Both the position numbers and the translations under genes were made by a program. DNA of 64,000 nt from Octopus vulgaris (lineage: Eukaryota). The stretch spans positions 35,278,001 through 35,342,000 of the forward strand of contig OX597824.1 in assembly GCA_951406725.2 (NCBI GenBank). Reading direction: 5' to 3'. The first letter of the stretch is position 1; the number at the start of each line of letters is the position of its first letter. Positions 11,091 through 24,179 of the stretch are shown piece after piece. The notes beneath the pieces were generated by a model. The model had not been told where the DNA came from and did not search any database. It worked only from the letters and a program-made list of their open reading frames with translations.

Positions 11091-11484
11091 TAACTTAGGC
11101 ATATATGTAGTATATATATGCATTTGCGTATATGTGTGTATTAAAGATAAAAGTTGTCTGTTTTTTTTATTGATTTCTCTCTAAAACTTTATGATGGATA
11201 CATTCCCTCTTTCTTTTCCTCTCACTCATTCCCCTGTCCCTCTCTCTCGATGCCTCTCCCTCCCCCCAAACAGACTTTACAACAACTGGTTAATTAGTCT
11301 TTCCATTATAATTTCCACCAAATCCTTCCTCCCAAAGCTACTTACACCTGCGTTGATGGGGCCAAGACTGGCGTTTCCTGATAATGTTGACCGTATATAC
11401 ATACGTACAAGGCAGTGTTTATTTAAACAAATAACTAAACGGGCTTCCGTTTATTGATGGACCTCTTAACATTGATGACAACAA

Positions 11485-11777
11485 TGAGGAGGATAGGGAG
11501 GAGGATGATGATGATAGGGAGATGGGGGGAGGATAGGGAGGAGGAGGAGGAGAAACGTAATGGGAGAGGGAGAAGTGGGGGAGGAGACAGATGTGGTGAC
11601 TGTGGGGGAGACAGAATTGTTTAACGATATCATTAAGCTGACATAGATGTCGTTGAAGGGGGAGGAGGAGGAGGAGGAGGAGGAGGCAGACATTGACGAC
11701 GACGACGACGAGAAAGAGGAGGAGGAGGACGAGGAGGACGAAGAGCACGAGGGAAGGAGGCCGGGTGAAATAAAGAA

Positions 11778-11811
<34 letters not shown>

Positions 11812-11900
11812 GTGATGATGATGATGATGGTGATGGTGGTGGTGATGATGATGATGATGATGATGAGGATGATGATGATGATGATGAGGAGGAGGAGATT
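11485..11900. repeat. (GAG)n/(GAC)n/(GAT)n trinucleotide low-complexity tract
   Basis: Direct inspection. Confidence 0.9.
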
Positions 11901-13147
11901 GACGACGTCACCAATGAATGTATAAAACTCCGTAAGAAATGAAGTAAATGCCACAAAGTAATATAAAATGAGATTTTATTGTGATGTTTAGTGGGAATGA
12001 AATCCCCCCCCACCGCTCTTTTTTCGTCTTTTTCTTGGGAGTTCAACGGAGCACGTATGAATCACAGCAGCGATTAGATCGAGCAGCTAAATCTGATTCA
12101 ATGGCCCCACTTGACAGCAGCATCTTGCTTCTTTTCTCTGGCTTGAACTAAACACAACTAAATTTTACTCTTTGAAGCCAGCAGGCAACATACTTTTCTT
12201 TATATATATATTTCTTTTCTTTTTATTTTTAATAACGGTTTTTTTCTTTTTTTCTTTTTACACCATACAAACCACACACGCAAAAACGCGTACGAGCACA
12301 TACGAACACACACGGAAACACGTACAAGCACACACATACACACACACACACACACACGCACATACACACATGCAAATACACAGTATGAGAGAGAAAGGAG
12401 GGAGCAGATAAAAAGGAGCGAGAGAGAAAAAAGAGAAAGAGAGACAGAGAGTGAGAGCGAGAGAGACAGAGAGACACAGAGAGAGAAGGACGCGATAAAG
12501 ATGAGTGACTAACTTTTGACTTCCGAGCGACACGTAGCGTTCATCCTTAATGAGGTGTCACCTCTTCTTATGTGTGTGTATGCATCTATACATACCTACA
12601 TACATTCATTCATACATTCATACATACCTACATACATACACACATACGTACATACATAAATACATATGTATATATATATATATCATACGCACACCACACA
12701 CTCTGTGACTGCAGTCAAGACAATATTGTCGCAGATGTTTTAGAGCCTGCTATGACAGTAATTGCTTCGGTCATCTTTAAACTTTCTTGTGACACGAACC
12801 TTGATAGACTAAATGCACATATTTAACAAACCTCTGATGAAGCTCCATGACAAGTCAGCGCTATTTTAGATATTTTATGTTAACATATCTCAGTAGTTCG
12901 TACAAGTAACGAGAACACAATGAAATCTGCGCCGATAAACATCAGCGAACTTATTGTTTGTTTTTCAAACTTTCTGACGTCTTATAAGAAACTTTGCCAG
13001 AGGGCTTCTTTCCTTGTTATCATCTTGTTCATTAATTCCAGAACATAAATATTCATCTGGACGACTGAAAGTAACGAAGATACCCTGTTTTCCCTTGAGT
13101 AAATTACTGGTATATTATATATAGAGATTACTGGTATACTGGTGTAT

Positions 13148-13530
13148 GCAGGAGTGGCATATGGTTCCGGGTTCAGTCCCACTGCGTGGCATCTTGGGCG
13201 AGTGTCTTCAACTATAGCCTCGGGCCGACTAGAGCCTTGTGAGTGGATTTGGTAGACGGAAACTGAAAGAAGCCCGTCGTATATATGTATATATATATAT
13301 ATGTGTGTGTATGTATGTTTGTGTGTCTGTGTTTGGCCCCCTAGCATTACTTGACAACCGATGCTGGTATGTTTACGTCCCCGTCACTTAGTGGTTCGAC
13401 AAAAGAGACCGATAGAATAAGTACTGGGCTTACAAAGAATAAGTCCCGGCGTCGATTTGCTCGACTAAAGGCGGTGCTTCAGCATGGCCGCAGTCAAATG
13501 ACTGAAACAAGTAAAAGAGTAAAAGAGTAA
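13148..13530 (+). mobile_element. SINE family B
   Basis: Body and (gtaaaaga) tail intact; short deletion in head. Confidence 0.92.
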
Positions 13531-13589
13531 ATAAGTTATTTTTTGCTAAAATTACTAATCCGGGAATCTTTTGATACGACCTCGTATCT

Positions 13590-13790
13590 ATATGTGTTTT
13601 GTGTATGTTTGCTTCCGCTCCCATCCCCACCGCTTGACAACTGGCATTGGTATTTTTACGTCCTCGTAACTTAGGGATTCAGCAAAAGAGACCGATAGAA
13701 TAAGTACTAGACTTTAAAAGAAATTTAATTCTGGGGTCGATTCGTTCGACTAAAAACATGGCCGCATTCAAAATTACTGAAACAAGTAAA
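13590..13790 (+). mobile_element. SINE family B, 3' half
   Basis: cgcttgacaactggcattgg...ctgaaacaagtaaa. Confidence 0.85.
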
Positions 13791-13801
13791 CACACGCGCA
13801 T

Positions 13802-13863
<62 letters not shown>

Positions 13864-14017
13864 TATTTGTCTGCAGATAATTAATAAACACCAGTGTAAC
13901 CAATCATATACACACCCATCTATAATATTTAATATTACATGCTCTACCTTGAACCACATTATGTTTTATGATTACGCATAATTAACATATTTAATGTTAC
14001 GGTGAGTTTAGAACCAT

Positions 14018-14046
14018 ACTAGCAGAGATACCCGGCGTTGCTCGCA
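14018..14046 (-). mobile_element. Helitron-like 3' terminus
   Basis: Minus strand cgagcaacgccgggtatctctgCTAGT: GC-rich subterminal motif then CTAG; same motif at 53703-53727. Confidence 0.65.
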
Positions 14047-14054
14047 GTTAAATG

Positions 14055-15248
14055 GGATCTTTTCATTTCCAAGGCCTGTTTTGTCAGATTTTTCTAGTTA
14101 ACTAAATAATTTGAAACTTCGTATACTGGTAGAGTGTCTCAAAAGAAAACACTAGTTTCAACTTGTTTATTTGAGAAAAATGTATTTTATAACTTTAAGG
14201 GTAGATTAAATCTGCGAATTTTAACCAATCGTATTGTTTGTTTTCACTTGAACTAATTAACTGCATTATCTTAGTGTGACGTAGAAAGCTATTTTGTGAC
14301 GTAGACAGCTGTGCGTAGGTCTGTGTTTTGTGCGTGTGTGTGTGTGTTTGATGGGGTGTGGGAGACAGAAAGTATGTTGTGTAAGTGAAGTACTTCTGTT
14401 AGTGTGTGTGAAGAGACAGAGAGAGTAATGTGTGAAAGAGAGAGATAACTGAAATTTTTTACTCGGTGTATGTGTATATGTATGTATGTATGTGTGTGTG
14501 TGTGTATGTATCTATGTATGTGTGTGTGTATGTATGTGTGTGTATGCATGTGTGTGTATGTATGTATGGCCGATTCAGTGTTTACATTATTTCGAGTTAA
14601 AACGAAAGATTACCAGAAAACATTTTGTCTATATCTTCGATCACTGTCATTATTCCATTGAGTCAACCTCATTATTTTCTACATAGCAAAGGTAATCTTT
14701 CGTTTTAACTCGAAATAATGTAAACACTGAATCGGCCATACATACATACACACACACACATACATACACACACACACATACATACACACACATACGAAAG
14801 ATTGCCAAAGATAAAAAGTTACAGAAATAAAAGTTACACGAATAAAGTAAGGAATAAAAATCACAAAAAATATACGAAAATTTACAAAAACTAAGTTAGT
14901 TATATAATATATAAGTTTAATATATAAGTTAGTTAATAATATATTAAAAAAATGTGAATAGAAACTGAAGGAATACGGGTGTTTACATTTCACGTATGTT
15001 AAATACGTCATCAAAATAGCCGTTTACGTCTATTGAGACGGAGTAAATAATATGAAGCCGAAAGACCGAATACCATTGGTTAAAATTCTAATTATTAAAC
15101 AATGTTAAACTTTGAAATTACAATTCCGTTTTCATTCTGGTTTACAATTATGTTTTCTTTTGACACATTCCACCAGTATACGAAGTTTCAAATTGTTCGG
15201 TTAAGTAGGAAAAATCTGAAAAAACAGGCCTTGGAAATGAAAAGATCC
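14055..15248. mobile_element. Non-autonomous DNA transposon with ~100-bp TIRs (GGATC ends) and 8-bp TSD
   Basis: ggatcttttcatttccaaggcctgtttt / aaaacaggccttggaaatgaaaagatcc; flanks gttaaatg (14047) and gtgaaatg (15249); perfect internal 50-bp inverted repeat 14565-14614/14691-14740. Confidence 0.88.
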
Positions 15249-15264
15249 GTGAAATGGCATAGTG

Positions 15265-15475
15265 TTTTATTGTTTTATTTGTTTCGGTCATGTGACTGCG
15301 GCCATGCTGGGGCATCGCCTTTAGTTGAAGAAATGGATACCAGGAGTTATTCTTTGTAAGCCTAGTACTTATTCTATCGGTGTGTTTTGCCAAACGGTTA
15401 AGTTACGGGGACGTAAGCAGACCAACATCGGTTGTCAAGCGATGGCGGGGGTACAAGCACAGACACATAGACACA
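15265..15475 (-). mobile_element. SINE family B, 3' half
   Basis: Reverse complement of family B tail region. Confidence 0.88.
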
Positions 15476-15504
15476 CACACACACACACACGCACACACAC
15501 AGAT

Positions 15505-15660
15505 ATGGCTATGTGGTAAGTAGCTTGCTTACCAACCACATGGATCCGGGTTCAGTCCCACTGCTTGGCACCTTGGGCAAGTCTCTTCTACAATAGCTTC
15601 GGACCGACCAAAGACTTGTAAGTGGATTTGGTGGACGAAAACTGAATGAAACCCGTCGTG
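15505..15660 (+). mobile_element. SINE family B, 5' half
   Basis: tggctatgtggtaagtagcttgc...gaaacccgtcgt. Confidence 0.9.
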
Positions 15661-15668
15661 TATATACA

Positions 15669-15704
<36 letters not shown>

Positions 15705-15830
15705 TATATACATGTAAATGTATAGATGTATATATATATGTATGTACATATATATATACATATGTGTATACATGTATATATGTATATATATGCATATATA
15801 TGTATATACATGCATATATATGTATATACA

Positions 15831-15873
<43 letters not shown>

Positions 15874-16060
15874 GCATATATAAATGTATATGCATATATA
15901 TATATATATCTACATATATATTCATATATGTATATATGTATATATAATATTTATATACATATATACATCTATATATTTATATATATATATATAGATGTAT
16001 ATATATATACATATATAAATATATGCATGTATATAAATATATACATGCATATAAATATAC

Positions 16061-16117
<57 letters not shown>

Positions 16118-16303
16118 TATATGCATATATATATATATATATATACGTTTATATACATATATGTATATATATACGTATATACATATATACGGATATATAT
16201 ATGTACACACACATATATACATATATACATATATACATGCATACGTACATATATACATGATATATATATACATAAAAAAATATATATACATAAATAAATA
16301 TAC

Positions 16304-16342
<39 letters not shown>

Positions 16343-16440
16343 TATATATATGCATACACATATTTATACATACATATATATATACATATATATATGCACA
16401 CATATATACACATATATATAGGCACCTATATAAATACATA

Positions 16441-16473
<33 letters not shown>

Positions 16474-16500
16474 TGTATGTATGTACGCATGCATATATAT
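15661..16500. repeat. Long degenerate (TA)/(TACA)/(TG) microsatellite
   Basis: Direct inspection. Confidence 0.95.
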
Positions 16501-16564
16501 GTGAGATAATGGTTTCACTTTAATAGTTTTAGTTAGTGTACGAGATATGAGACTGCTCCGAGCT

Positions 16565-16690
16565 CGCTAAGACTTTACCTTTCATCCTTTCAGGGTAGAT
16601 AAATTAAAAACCAGTTAAGCATTGTGATCAATGTAATCAACTGCACCGCATCCAAAGAAATTGTCGGGCATTGTGTCTATAATAGAAGGG
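16565..16690 (+). mobile_element. SINE family A, old degenerate fragment
   Basis: gactttacctttcatcctttcagggtagataaatt central domain. Confidence 0.7.
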
Positions 16691-16834
16691 GTTATTAATT
16701 TCTAGAACAATTGAAAATGAGTTTCGTAATTATCATGCAAAACATCAAAACTACATTTGTTTTTAAATAATCTGGCGTATAAATTTGAAATACTTCAAGT
16801 AGTTGGAAGAAATTTCTCAAGATCCATTTATACG

Positions 16835-16998
16835 CACGACAGACTCCTACACGATTTCCGTCAACCAAATTCACTCCCAAAGAATTGGTCGGCCCTGGGC
16901 TATAGTGGCAGTCCTTTGTCCAAGGTGCCGCGTATTGGAACTGAACTCGAAATCACATGGTTGCAAAGCGAGCTCCTTAACCATTCAGCCATGCCTGC
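16835..16998 (-). mobile_element. SINE family B, degenerate 5' half
   Basis: ttccgtcaaccaaattcactc...ccaaggtgccgcg...gccatgcctgc. Confidence 0.8.
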
Positions 16999-17069
16999 AC
17001 ATACATCCGCGCACACACACACACACGCACTTATACACACACACGTACACACGCGCGCGCGCACACACA

Positions 17070-17142
<73 letters not shown>

Positions 17143-17410
17143 GCACGTGCGTGCTCGTTTTTTTTAGATATATGTACGTATGTGTAAAAGAGTTGCTACG
17201 AACGTTCGATTCTCGGTTGAACTGTTTCACTGCAAATACCCTGGTACTTATAATTTCCGGTCGCAGTAATTGCCTTGTAGGGGGTGAGTTACACCTGGCT
17301 GACTTCCTCCCGACCGATACTTTATGGAAAGACGAAGATCTTCGCTGGTATCCCAGCACCCGACAATGACTTTTAAGAGACAATGGAAGAATATTCATGT
17401 GTAATAACAG

Positions 17411-17416
<6 letters not shown>

Positions 17417-17462
<46 letters not shown>

Positions 17463-17646
17463 CACACACATACATGCGCACACACATATACATACACATA
17501 TACCTATAAACATATATACAGTTATATACATTTATACATGTATACATAATATACACACACGTATATACAGGTATATATATATATATAGATATATGTATGT
17601 ATATATGTGTATATATGTATATATATATACATATACATATATTTAT

Positions 17647-17709
<63 letters not shown>

Positions 17710-17850
17710 ACATATATAGGTATATAATATATATATAATCACACATGTACAGGTATATGTATACATCCACATATATACACATATATATATGCATTCATAC
17801 ACACACACATATATACATATGCATACATTTATATGAGTGTGTGTGTGTAC
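17417..17850. repeat. (CA)n/(TA)n compound microsatellite
   Basis: Direct inspection. Confidence 0.95.
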
Positions 17851-18292
17851 GTCAGTATGAACATTCGTTGGGCGACAGGCAGAAACGGACAGAGAAAACG
17901 GATTATATATAAATGTATCATCATCCGGAATATTTTCGACAGGTAGTGGTGATGTTAATGTGTCTGTCTGATCAACTTCCCCTCCTTCTCTCACTCCATC
18001 GCTCTCACCAATTTCCTCCCCTGTCTTCCGGTGATTAACCATATATTTAGCAACGTTAATAATAGCTATCTTTTATCTTTTACTTGTTTCAATCATTGGA
18101 ATGCGGCCATGCCACAGCACCCCGTAGAAGGGTTTACTCGAACAAATTTAAATCGACTCCAGCGTTTGACTGGTATTATATTTTGTGAAAGAGGAATTTT
18201 ACTTAGGTGAAGTTTGAGTTCAGAATATAATGAGCCGAAATAAATACTGCAAAGCATTTTCTTCGACGCTCCCCTAATGATTTCCCACTCCA

Positions 18293-19611
18293 ATAATGGT
18301 TTCAAAGTTTGGCATAAGGCCGGCAATTTTGCGTGAGGGGTAAATCGATTACATTGACCCCAGTGTTCAACTGGTATTTATGTCAGCGACCCCGAAAGGA
18401 TGAAAAGCAAAGTCGATCGTGGCGGAATTTGAACTCAGAACGTAAAGACGGACGAAAGCATTTTGCCCGGCGTGCTAACGATTCTGTCAGCTCCTTGCCT
18501 TATTATTGATAAAGATTTCATATTTTGGCACAAGGTTAAAAATTTCTGGGAAAGGGACTAAATCGATTACATTGACCCCGGGGATCTTTTCGGTTTGAAC
18601 GGCAGTTTTTAACATAATTTATAGGTAACTAAAAAATTTTAAGCTTCGTATACTGGTAGAATGTGTTTATAAAACATCTTTTTCTCTTGGCTTTATTGAG
18701 AACATTCTATGCTTTGTAAGATATTTGTTGTTTTTTTCTTCAATTTCTGCAACTTCAACCAATCACTGACGTCTATTGAGGTAAAAAAACATTCTGTGCC
18801 GTATGAATATGTCCCTCGTTTAAGAAACAGATTGGGTTTATTTACATTTGTGAAGAAAAAAAGATACCCTTCCCCCACCCTTAACCCTAACCCTAACTAA
18901 CCCTTAAACAGATTGAAATGCAGTAGATCGATACTAGGGTCATAATTATGGGTGACAATTTCATATGACACCGCCAGAAAAAACTGCCGTTCAAACCGAA
19001 AAGATCCGATCCCAGTATTCCACTGGTACTTATCATAGCGACCCCGAAAAAATGAAAAGCAAAGTCGACCTCGGCGAAATTTGAACTCAGAGCATAAAGA
19101 CAGATGAAATACCGCTAAGCGTTTTGCTCGGTGTGCTAACGTTTCTGCCAGCTCGTCGCCCTGATTTCCCATTCTAATAATATTTTCTACAATAGGCACA
19201 AGGCCCGGATTCTGTGGGGAGGGGGAAGTTGATAACATCGACACCAGTACTCAACTGGTACTTATTTTATCGACCCCGAAAGGATGAAAGGCAAAGTCGA
19301 CCGCGGTAGAATTCGAACTTAGAACGTTGTGACCGACGAAATACTGCTAAGCATTTCGCCCGGCGTGCTAAGGATTCTTATATCTTTACTGCCCACAAGG
19401 GGCTACACACAGAGGGGACAAACAAGGACAGACAAACGGATTAAATCGATTATATCGACCCCAGTGCGTAAATGGTACTTATTTAATCGACCCCGAAAGG
19501 CTGAAAGGCAAAGTCGACCTCGGCGGAATTTGAACTCAGAACGTATCGACAGACGAAATACCGCTGAGCATTTCGCCAGGCGTGCTAACGATTCTGTCAG
19601 CTCACCGCCTT
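18293..19611 (-). mobile_element. Head-to-tail cluster of four SINE family A copies (three old-tail, one young-tail)
   Basis: Units at ~18293-18501, 18515-19161 (split by MITE), 19180-19376 and 19378-19611. Confidence 0.88.
18582..19007. mobile_element. MITE with perfect 29-bp TIRs (GGATC ends) and degenerate 8-bp TSD, inserted in a family A SINE
   Basis: ggatcttttcggtttgaacggcagttttt / aaaaactgccgttcaaaccgaaaagatcc; flanks gaccccgg and gatcccag; SINE sequence resumes across the insertion. Confidence 0.9.
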
Positions 19612-21644
19612 AATTCCCCACTCTAATGATGATTTCTATCATAGGCACTGGTCATCGAATAATAGGAGGGGCCGCGATACTTGACTATTATTTATTCTAT
19701 CAAAACCGGATTAATTTAAGACAATATCGTCCTCAGTGTGAATTGAACTCAGGTCGCAAAGAGATGTTTCTAAAAGATTTCTGTTCGATTCTACTCATTT
19801 TCGCAATCTATACTTAATAGTTTTTGGCTTACAAATAATCTTCTGAGCACACATTTTCACAGCAATGAAATAATATATTTAGTTTGCGAGTGTTCAGTAA
19901 AAACTTGTGCCGTGATTCTGTACTTAGTTTATTCTATAATCAAAATATCTACTCTACATCTTCACCACCCTCTCACCCACCCACTACCAGTATCTTTGGA
20001 CTCGTCCATTTTCCTGCAACGTTCAAGTTAAGAGTTATTATGTGTCATGTTGAATATCAACTTCATCTCATCTAACTTAAACAATCAATTCGGTTTGCAA
20101 TCTGCAATCTGTTCAATCCATGATATTCCCGTGGAGAGTGAAACCAAAGTCTGAATTTATTTCATGTTTTCCACAGATAGATTTCACTCCAGTTTCATCA
20201 GTATTTAGTTTCATCGGTTTCACGTCTGCGAACTCGCTTCTCTTCTTTTTGGTCCGAGCATTCTCAATTATCCACATATTACATTACCTGACGTATTTTA
20301 AAACACTACACACATACACACACACACACATACGCACAAGCATAGTGAAATGGGAGGTCGCTATAAGAAAAGTAAGATTTAGCATTAAACAGCAGTGTTC
20401 GGTAAAACACACAACATTTATTACGAAACGAAAAACTAAACATTTAAATAGGTGAGGTGGAGAGGGATAATTTTGTGAAAAAAAAAAAGAAAACACTACA
20501 AAAGTGCAGAACTGTGATTCAAAGATATTCTGCATGTGTTAGAATAATTGATTTACATTTGATGACAGGTTCTTGTCAATGTGTAATATTAAGCAGACCT
20601 ATGATCAAAGACTTTCCAAATATGACGATCCGGTCTTTTTTTTCTATACTACATTAACCAATGGCAGATTTGTGGAAGATTTTGTCTGTTATTTCAAACA
20701 GACAGAGTGACCTGGCTTTAGTTGTGGAGAATGGTTTGGATTCGGATAAGTTCAACAGTTATAGTTCCGCTCTACTTCGTTGCTTTATCACAATTCATTC
20801 GAAGCACTGGACAATCAGAAGTCATATATTGTGATTCTGAGCGGGTCTTTGACTGGTACCGTTAGGTTTTTATTCGAAGATAACAAAAGACATGATGTTA
20901 CTAGTCGGCCCACAGAGACAGATTTCGTTCCCAGCAGCCAGATATATTTCACATAATTATGAGTGTCGAAGTTACTTTAAATTTGTTCCAACTAATATCG
21001 CAAATCCTATCATAAGTGATAGTTCGTTATTTGTTGGGTAAAAATTATCATAATGTGCTTCAGATTAGACCGACCAGATCATGTTATGTTTAGCATTTAT
21101 GTCTAATGACATTCATTCAAACATATATAACAACTCTTTAATTCAAATATTACAAATGATCACACTATCTAGAACAATAAAGATCTGCAAGACCTTCTTA
21201 ATATTTGAAGGATGATGAACTAAAACAAGATAGTTTCCTTCAAAACCTCACTACCAAGCAGGTGGCCAGTCAAAATTAACTTTAAATTTAAGAAAGGGGA
21301 AAAAAGAAAACATACGTACATTTATCTGAGTTTCTGCTATGAAGAATTTTCCTTAGTCTCTATATTTAAAGTAGTGTTTCCATTGTGGTTGTTATAGTCA
21401 CAATATTTCAGCTATCCTCTCCTCTGGGCTCCTACAGTATCTCGTCATGCTCAACCTTTAAACAAAAAATTTCAACCAAACTTTCATTAAACTCACTGAG
21501 GTGGATGGTTCTCATTCTTTTTTTCATATCAGAGATGTTTTATCAACTGGTCTCGAACTTGTGAGGCCGTGTGTCGGTCCCACTTTAACCACATTGTTAT
21601 ATAGACTCACCCGATGATTGAACTCGTGCCCATAAAAGTAATAG

Positions 21645-21850
21645 TTCAAAATTTGGGCACAAGGTCAGAAATTTCAGGAGAGGGGGTAACTCGATTACAT
21701 TGATCCCAGGGCCCAACTGGTACTTATTTTATGGACCCCGAAAGAATGAGAAGCAAAGTCGACCTTAGTGGAATTTGAACTCAGAATGTTAAGACGAACG
21801 AAATATCGCTAAGCATTTTGCCCCATGAGCTAACAATTCTGCCAGCTAAC
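21645..21850 (-). mobile_element. SINE family A (old type)
   Basis: Family A body with old tail ccttgtgcccaaattttgaa. Confidence 0.88.
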
Positions 21851-21919
21851 CACCCTCCATGCTCACAAAATATACTATTGCACTTTAATCAAAGATTTCA
21901 CTTTTCTTTTCCCGTACGA

Positions 21920-21991
<72 letters not shown>

Positions 21992-22231
21992 CGTGTCTAG
22001 ATTGATGTGGGCATTTAGCCAACCACGGTGAATTAGACTCTTAGCTGTGATGAAGGCAACTAAACCAGGAGATAACCTTAATAGAAAATACTGGAGTATG
22101 TTGTACATTGAGTTTGTGGCAAACATTTGCATTAGCTTTCTGCTATCAGCTTTTCCGAAAAGTGAACTGGTCCTACAGAATTCTTCACCACTGAAGACAA
22201 GCTGCGTGGAGAGTCTAACGGTTATAATATT

Positions 22232-22442
22232 GGTTTCAAATTTTGGCACAAGTCCAGGAGTTTCGGGAGAGAGTGCTAGTGGATTGCATGGACCCGTATC
22301 CAACTGCTGCTTATTTTTTATCGACCCCGAAAGAATGAAATGTAAAGCCAATCTCGGCAGAATTTGAGCTCAGAAGGTAAAGACGGACGAAATGCCGCCA
22401 AGCATTTTGTCCGGCATGCTAACGATTCTGCCAGCTCGCTGC
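22232..22442 (-). mobile_element. SINE family A (old type) with decayed TSD
   Basis: Flanks ctaacggttataatattggtt and ctaatggcaataacattggtt. Confidence 0.88.
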
Positions 22443-23125
22443 TCTCTAATGGCAATAACATTGGTTGCTGACCCTTCTACTGACTGGAGAACTCACTACT
22501 AATACGCGTGCGCGCGTGTATGTGTATGTGCGCGCGCGCACGTAGGTGTATGTATGTGTTCATCTTTGCTGAGGAAATATTACTATGATGTTACTACAGG
22601 CATATGATGCAATAATAGTATTAATACCTGGTTAACCGAATTAACTGGTTTCTGCCAGTTATTTTTGGGGGGGGGGGCGAGAAAGGTCCTATGTGAACAG
22701 ATCCACCAGGAAATCGAAACCAAATCACGGTATTTCGCTCACACTCATTAATTACATATGACATAAAGTTGTAATTTAAAGCAGACGTCAGACGGTGAGA
22801 ATAGATTCCTGCTGGAAGCATTGAAAATATCTCACAGTCGTATGATTTAAGAACAAAACCTTTTATCATCTTACTTCCGTTCGTAATGATCTATGTAAAG
22901 TAAACAGCACCTTGCTCGTTTATGGAATGTGTGTCTCCATTGCTCATTTACGTTTTGTAGGAAGACTTGTATTTATGATTATTTTTATTTTTCCCTTCTT
23001 TTCACGTCTTTGTCACTGGTTATTATTCATTTCCTGTGACCGGATATCAACTTTTTCTCAGCTGTAGGTCCAAATTAGACGGGGTCGTTTCAGACTCTTT
23101 TATTGTATCAATATTTGCAGTTGAC

Positions 23126-23542
23126 AAGGCGGTGAGCTGGTAGAACCGTTAGCACACCAAGCAAAGTGCTGAGCGGCTTTTCGTCCATCTTCTAGTTCTG
23201 AGTTCAATTTCCACCGAAATCGACTTTACTTTTCATCCTTTCGGGGTCGATAAAATAAGTGCCAGTTCAACATTGGGGTCGATGTAATCGACTTATCTTC
23301 TCCCCTGAAGTTGTTGACCTTATGCCAAAATTTGAAACCAATATTTGCGGTTGACAAGGCGGCGAGCAAAGTGTTTCGTAACATTTCGTTGGTCTTTACG
23401 TTCTAAATTCAAATTCCACCGAGATCCACTTTGCCTTTCATCTTTTCGGAGTTGATAAAATAAGTACCACTGCTTGGGTCGATGTAATCGACTTATTCCC
23501 TCCCACAAATCTGCTGGTCTTGTGCTAAAATTTGGAACCAAT
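23126..23542 (+). mobile_element. Tandem pair of SINE family A (old type)
   Basis: Two units separated and flanked by aatatttgcRgttga at 23110, 23340 and 23540. Confidence 0.88.
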
Positions 23543-23944
23543 ATTTGCAGTTGAGCTGAGCACTATAGAACAAGAGACATGCAACCAATCCTCTGAGTCA
23601 AGGAAACAGTTTCATTTGGTGTTAAGAAACTATTCCACTTGCTTTTCGTCGCTGATAACTGGTAAAATTATGAAAATTACTACATCGTTTCTTATAACAT
23701 CCTAAATGAATATAAAACTGGTTTGATCACAACAGAGCGCTACATCAAACCATCAAAGAAAGAAAAATCCTCACCATCTATCGAAACATAAAACCGGTGC
23801 CTATTATTAGTTTGTTTGCTTGTTTGTTTTACTTTAAAATATTCATCGTTAGTATGAATGTCAATCCCAAATAGAGTCTCCAGGTAGACTAATTGAATTC
23901 AGTGCTGTAAAGCAATGAAAAACTGGTTAATGGTGCAGTGCTTA

Positions 23945-23985
<41 letters not shown>

Positions 23986-24179
23986 AATAATATCATCTTA
24001 GATATTTGCGTTTGGTCACTAAAAATGAAAGTTCTTTAGTATGGATACAAAATCGTCGACGATTGGAACCGACACAGAGTCGCTGATAGGACGCGAACAG
24101 TCAACCTCATGGTTGATTGTCTATGGTAACAGGTTTCCTATTTATCTACTATGGTTAGTCCTAAATATTCAATGTTCTA

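Noticed and set aside
11419-12046. Overlapping poly-Ser/Pro/Glu ORFs
   Set aside because: Trinucleotide repeats open in multiple frames; no frame is favoured
12830-12930. CTGATGAAG possible hammerhead core
   Set aside because: No matching stem II 3' strand followed by GAAA and an NUH site
17168-17284. Possible plus-strand exon (ttttag acceptor, gtgagt donor)
   Set aside because: Translation unrecognisable and no supporting neighbouring exons; such splice-like motifs are common by chance
15509-18042. Long ORFs rich in YI/HT/CV dipeptides (also at 26 kb, 43.6 kb, 49 kb, 62.7 kb and elsewhere)
   Set aside because: Translations of dinucleotide microsatellites that lack stop codons; no domain content
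18293-19611. Repeat-spacer pattern resembling a CRISPR array
   Set aside because: Eukaryotic context; the units are ~210-bp SINEs and there are no cas genes
20172-20206. Minus-strand CTGATGAaactggagtGAAA
   Set aside because: Only 2-3 bp stems, non-palindromic stem III and no (TA)n context; within chance expectation
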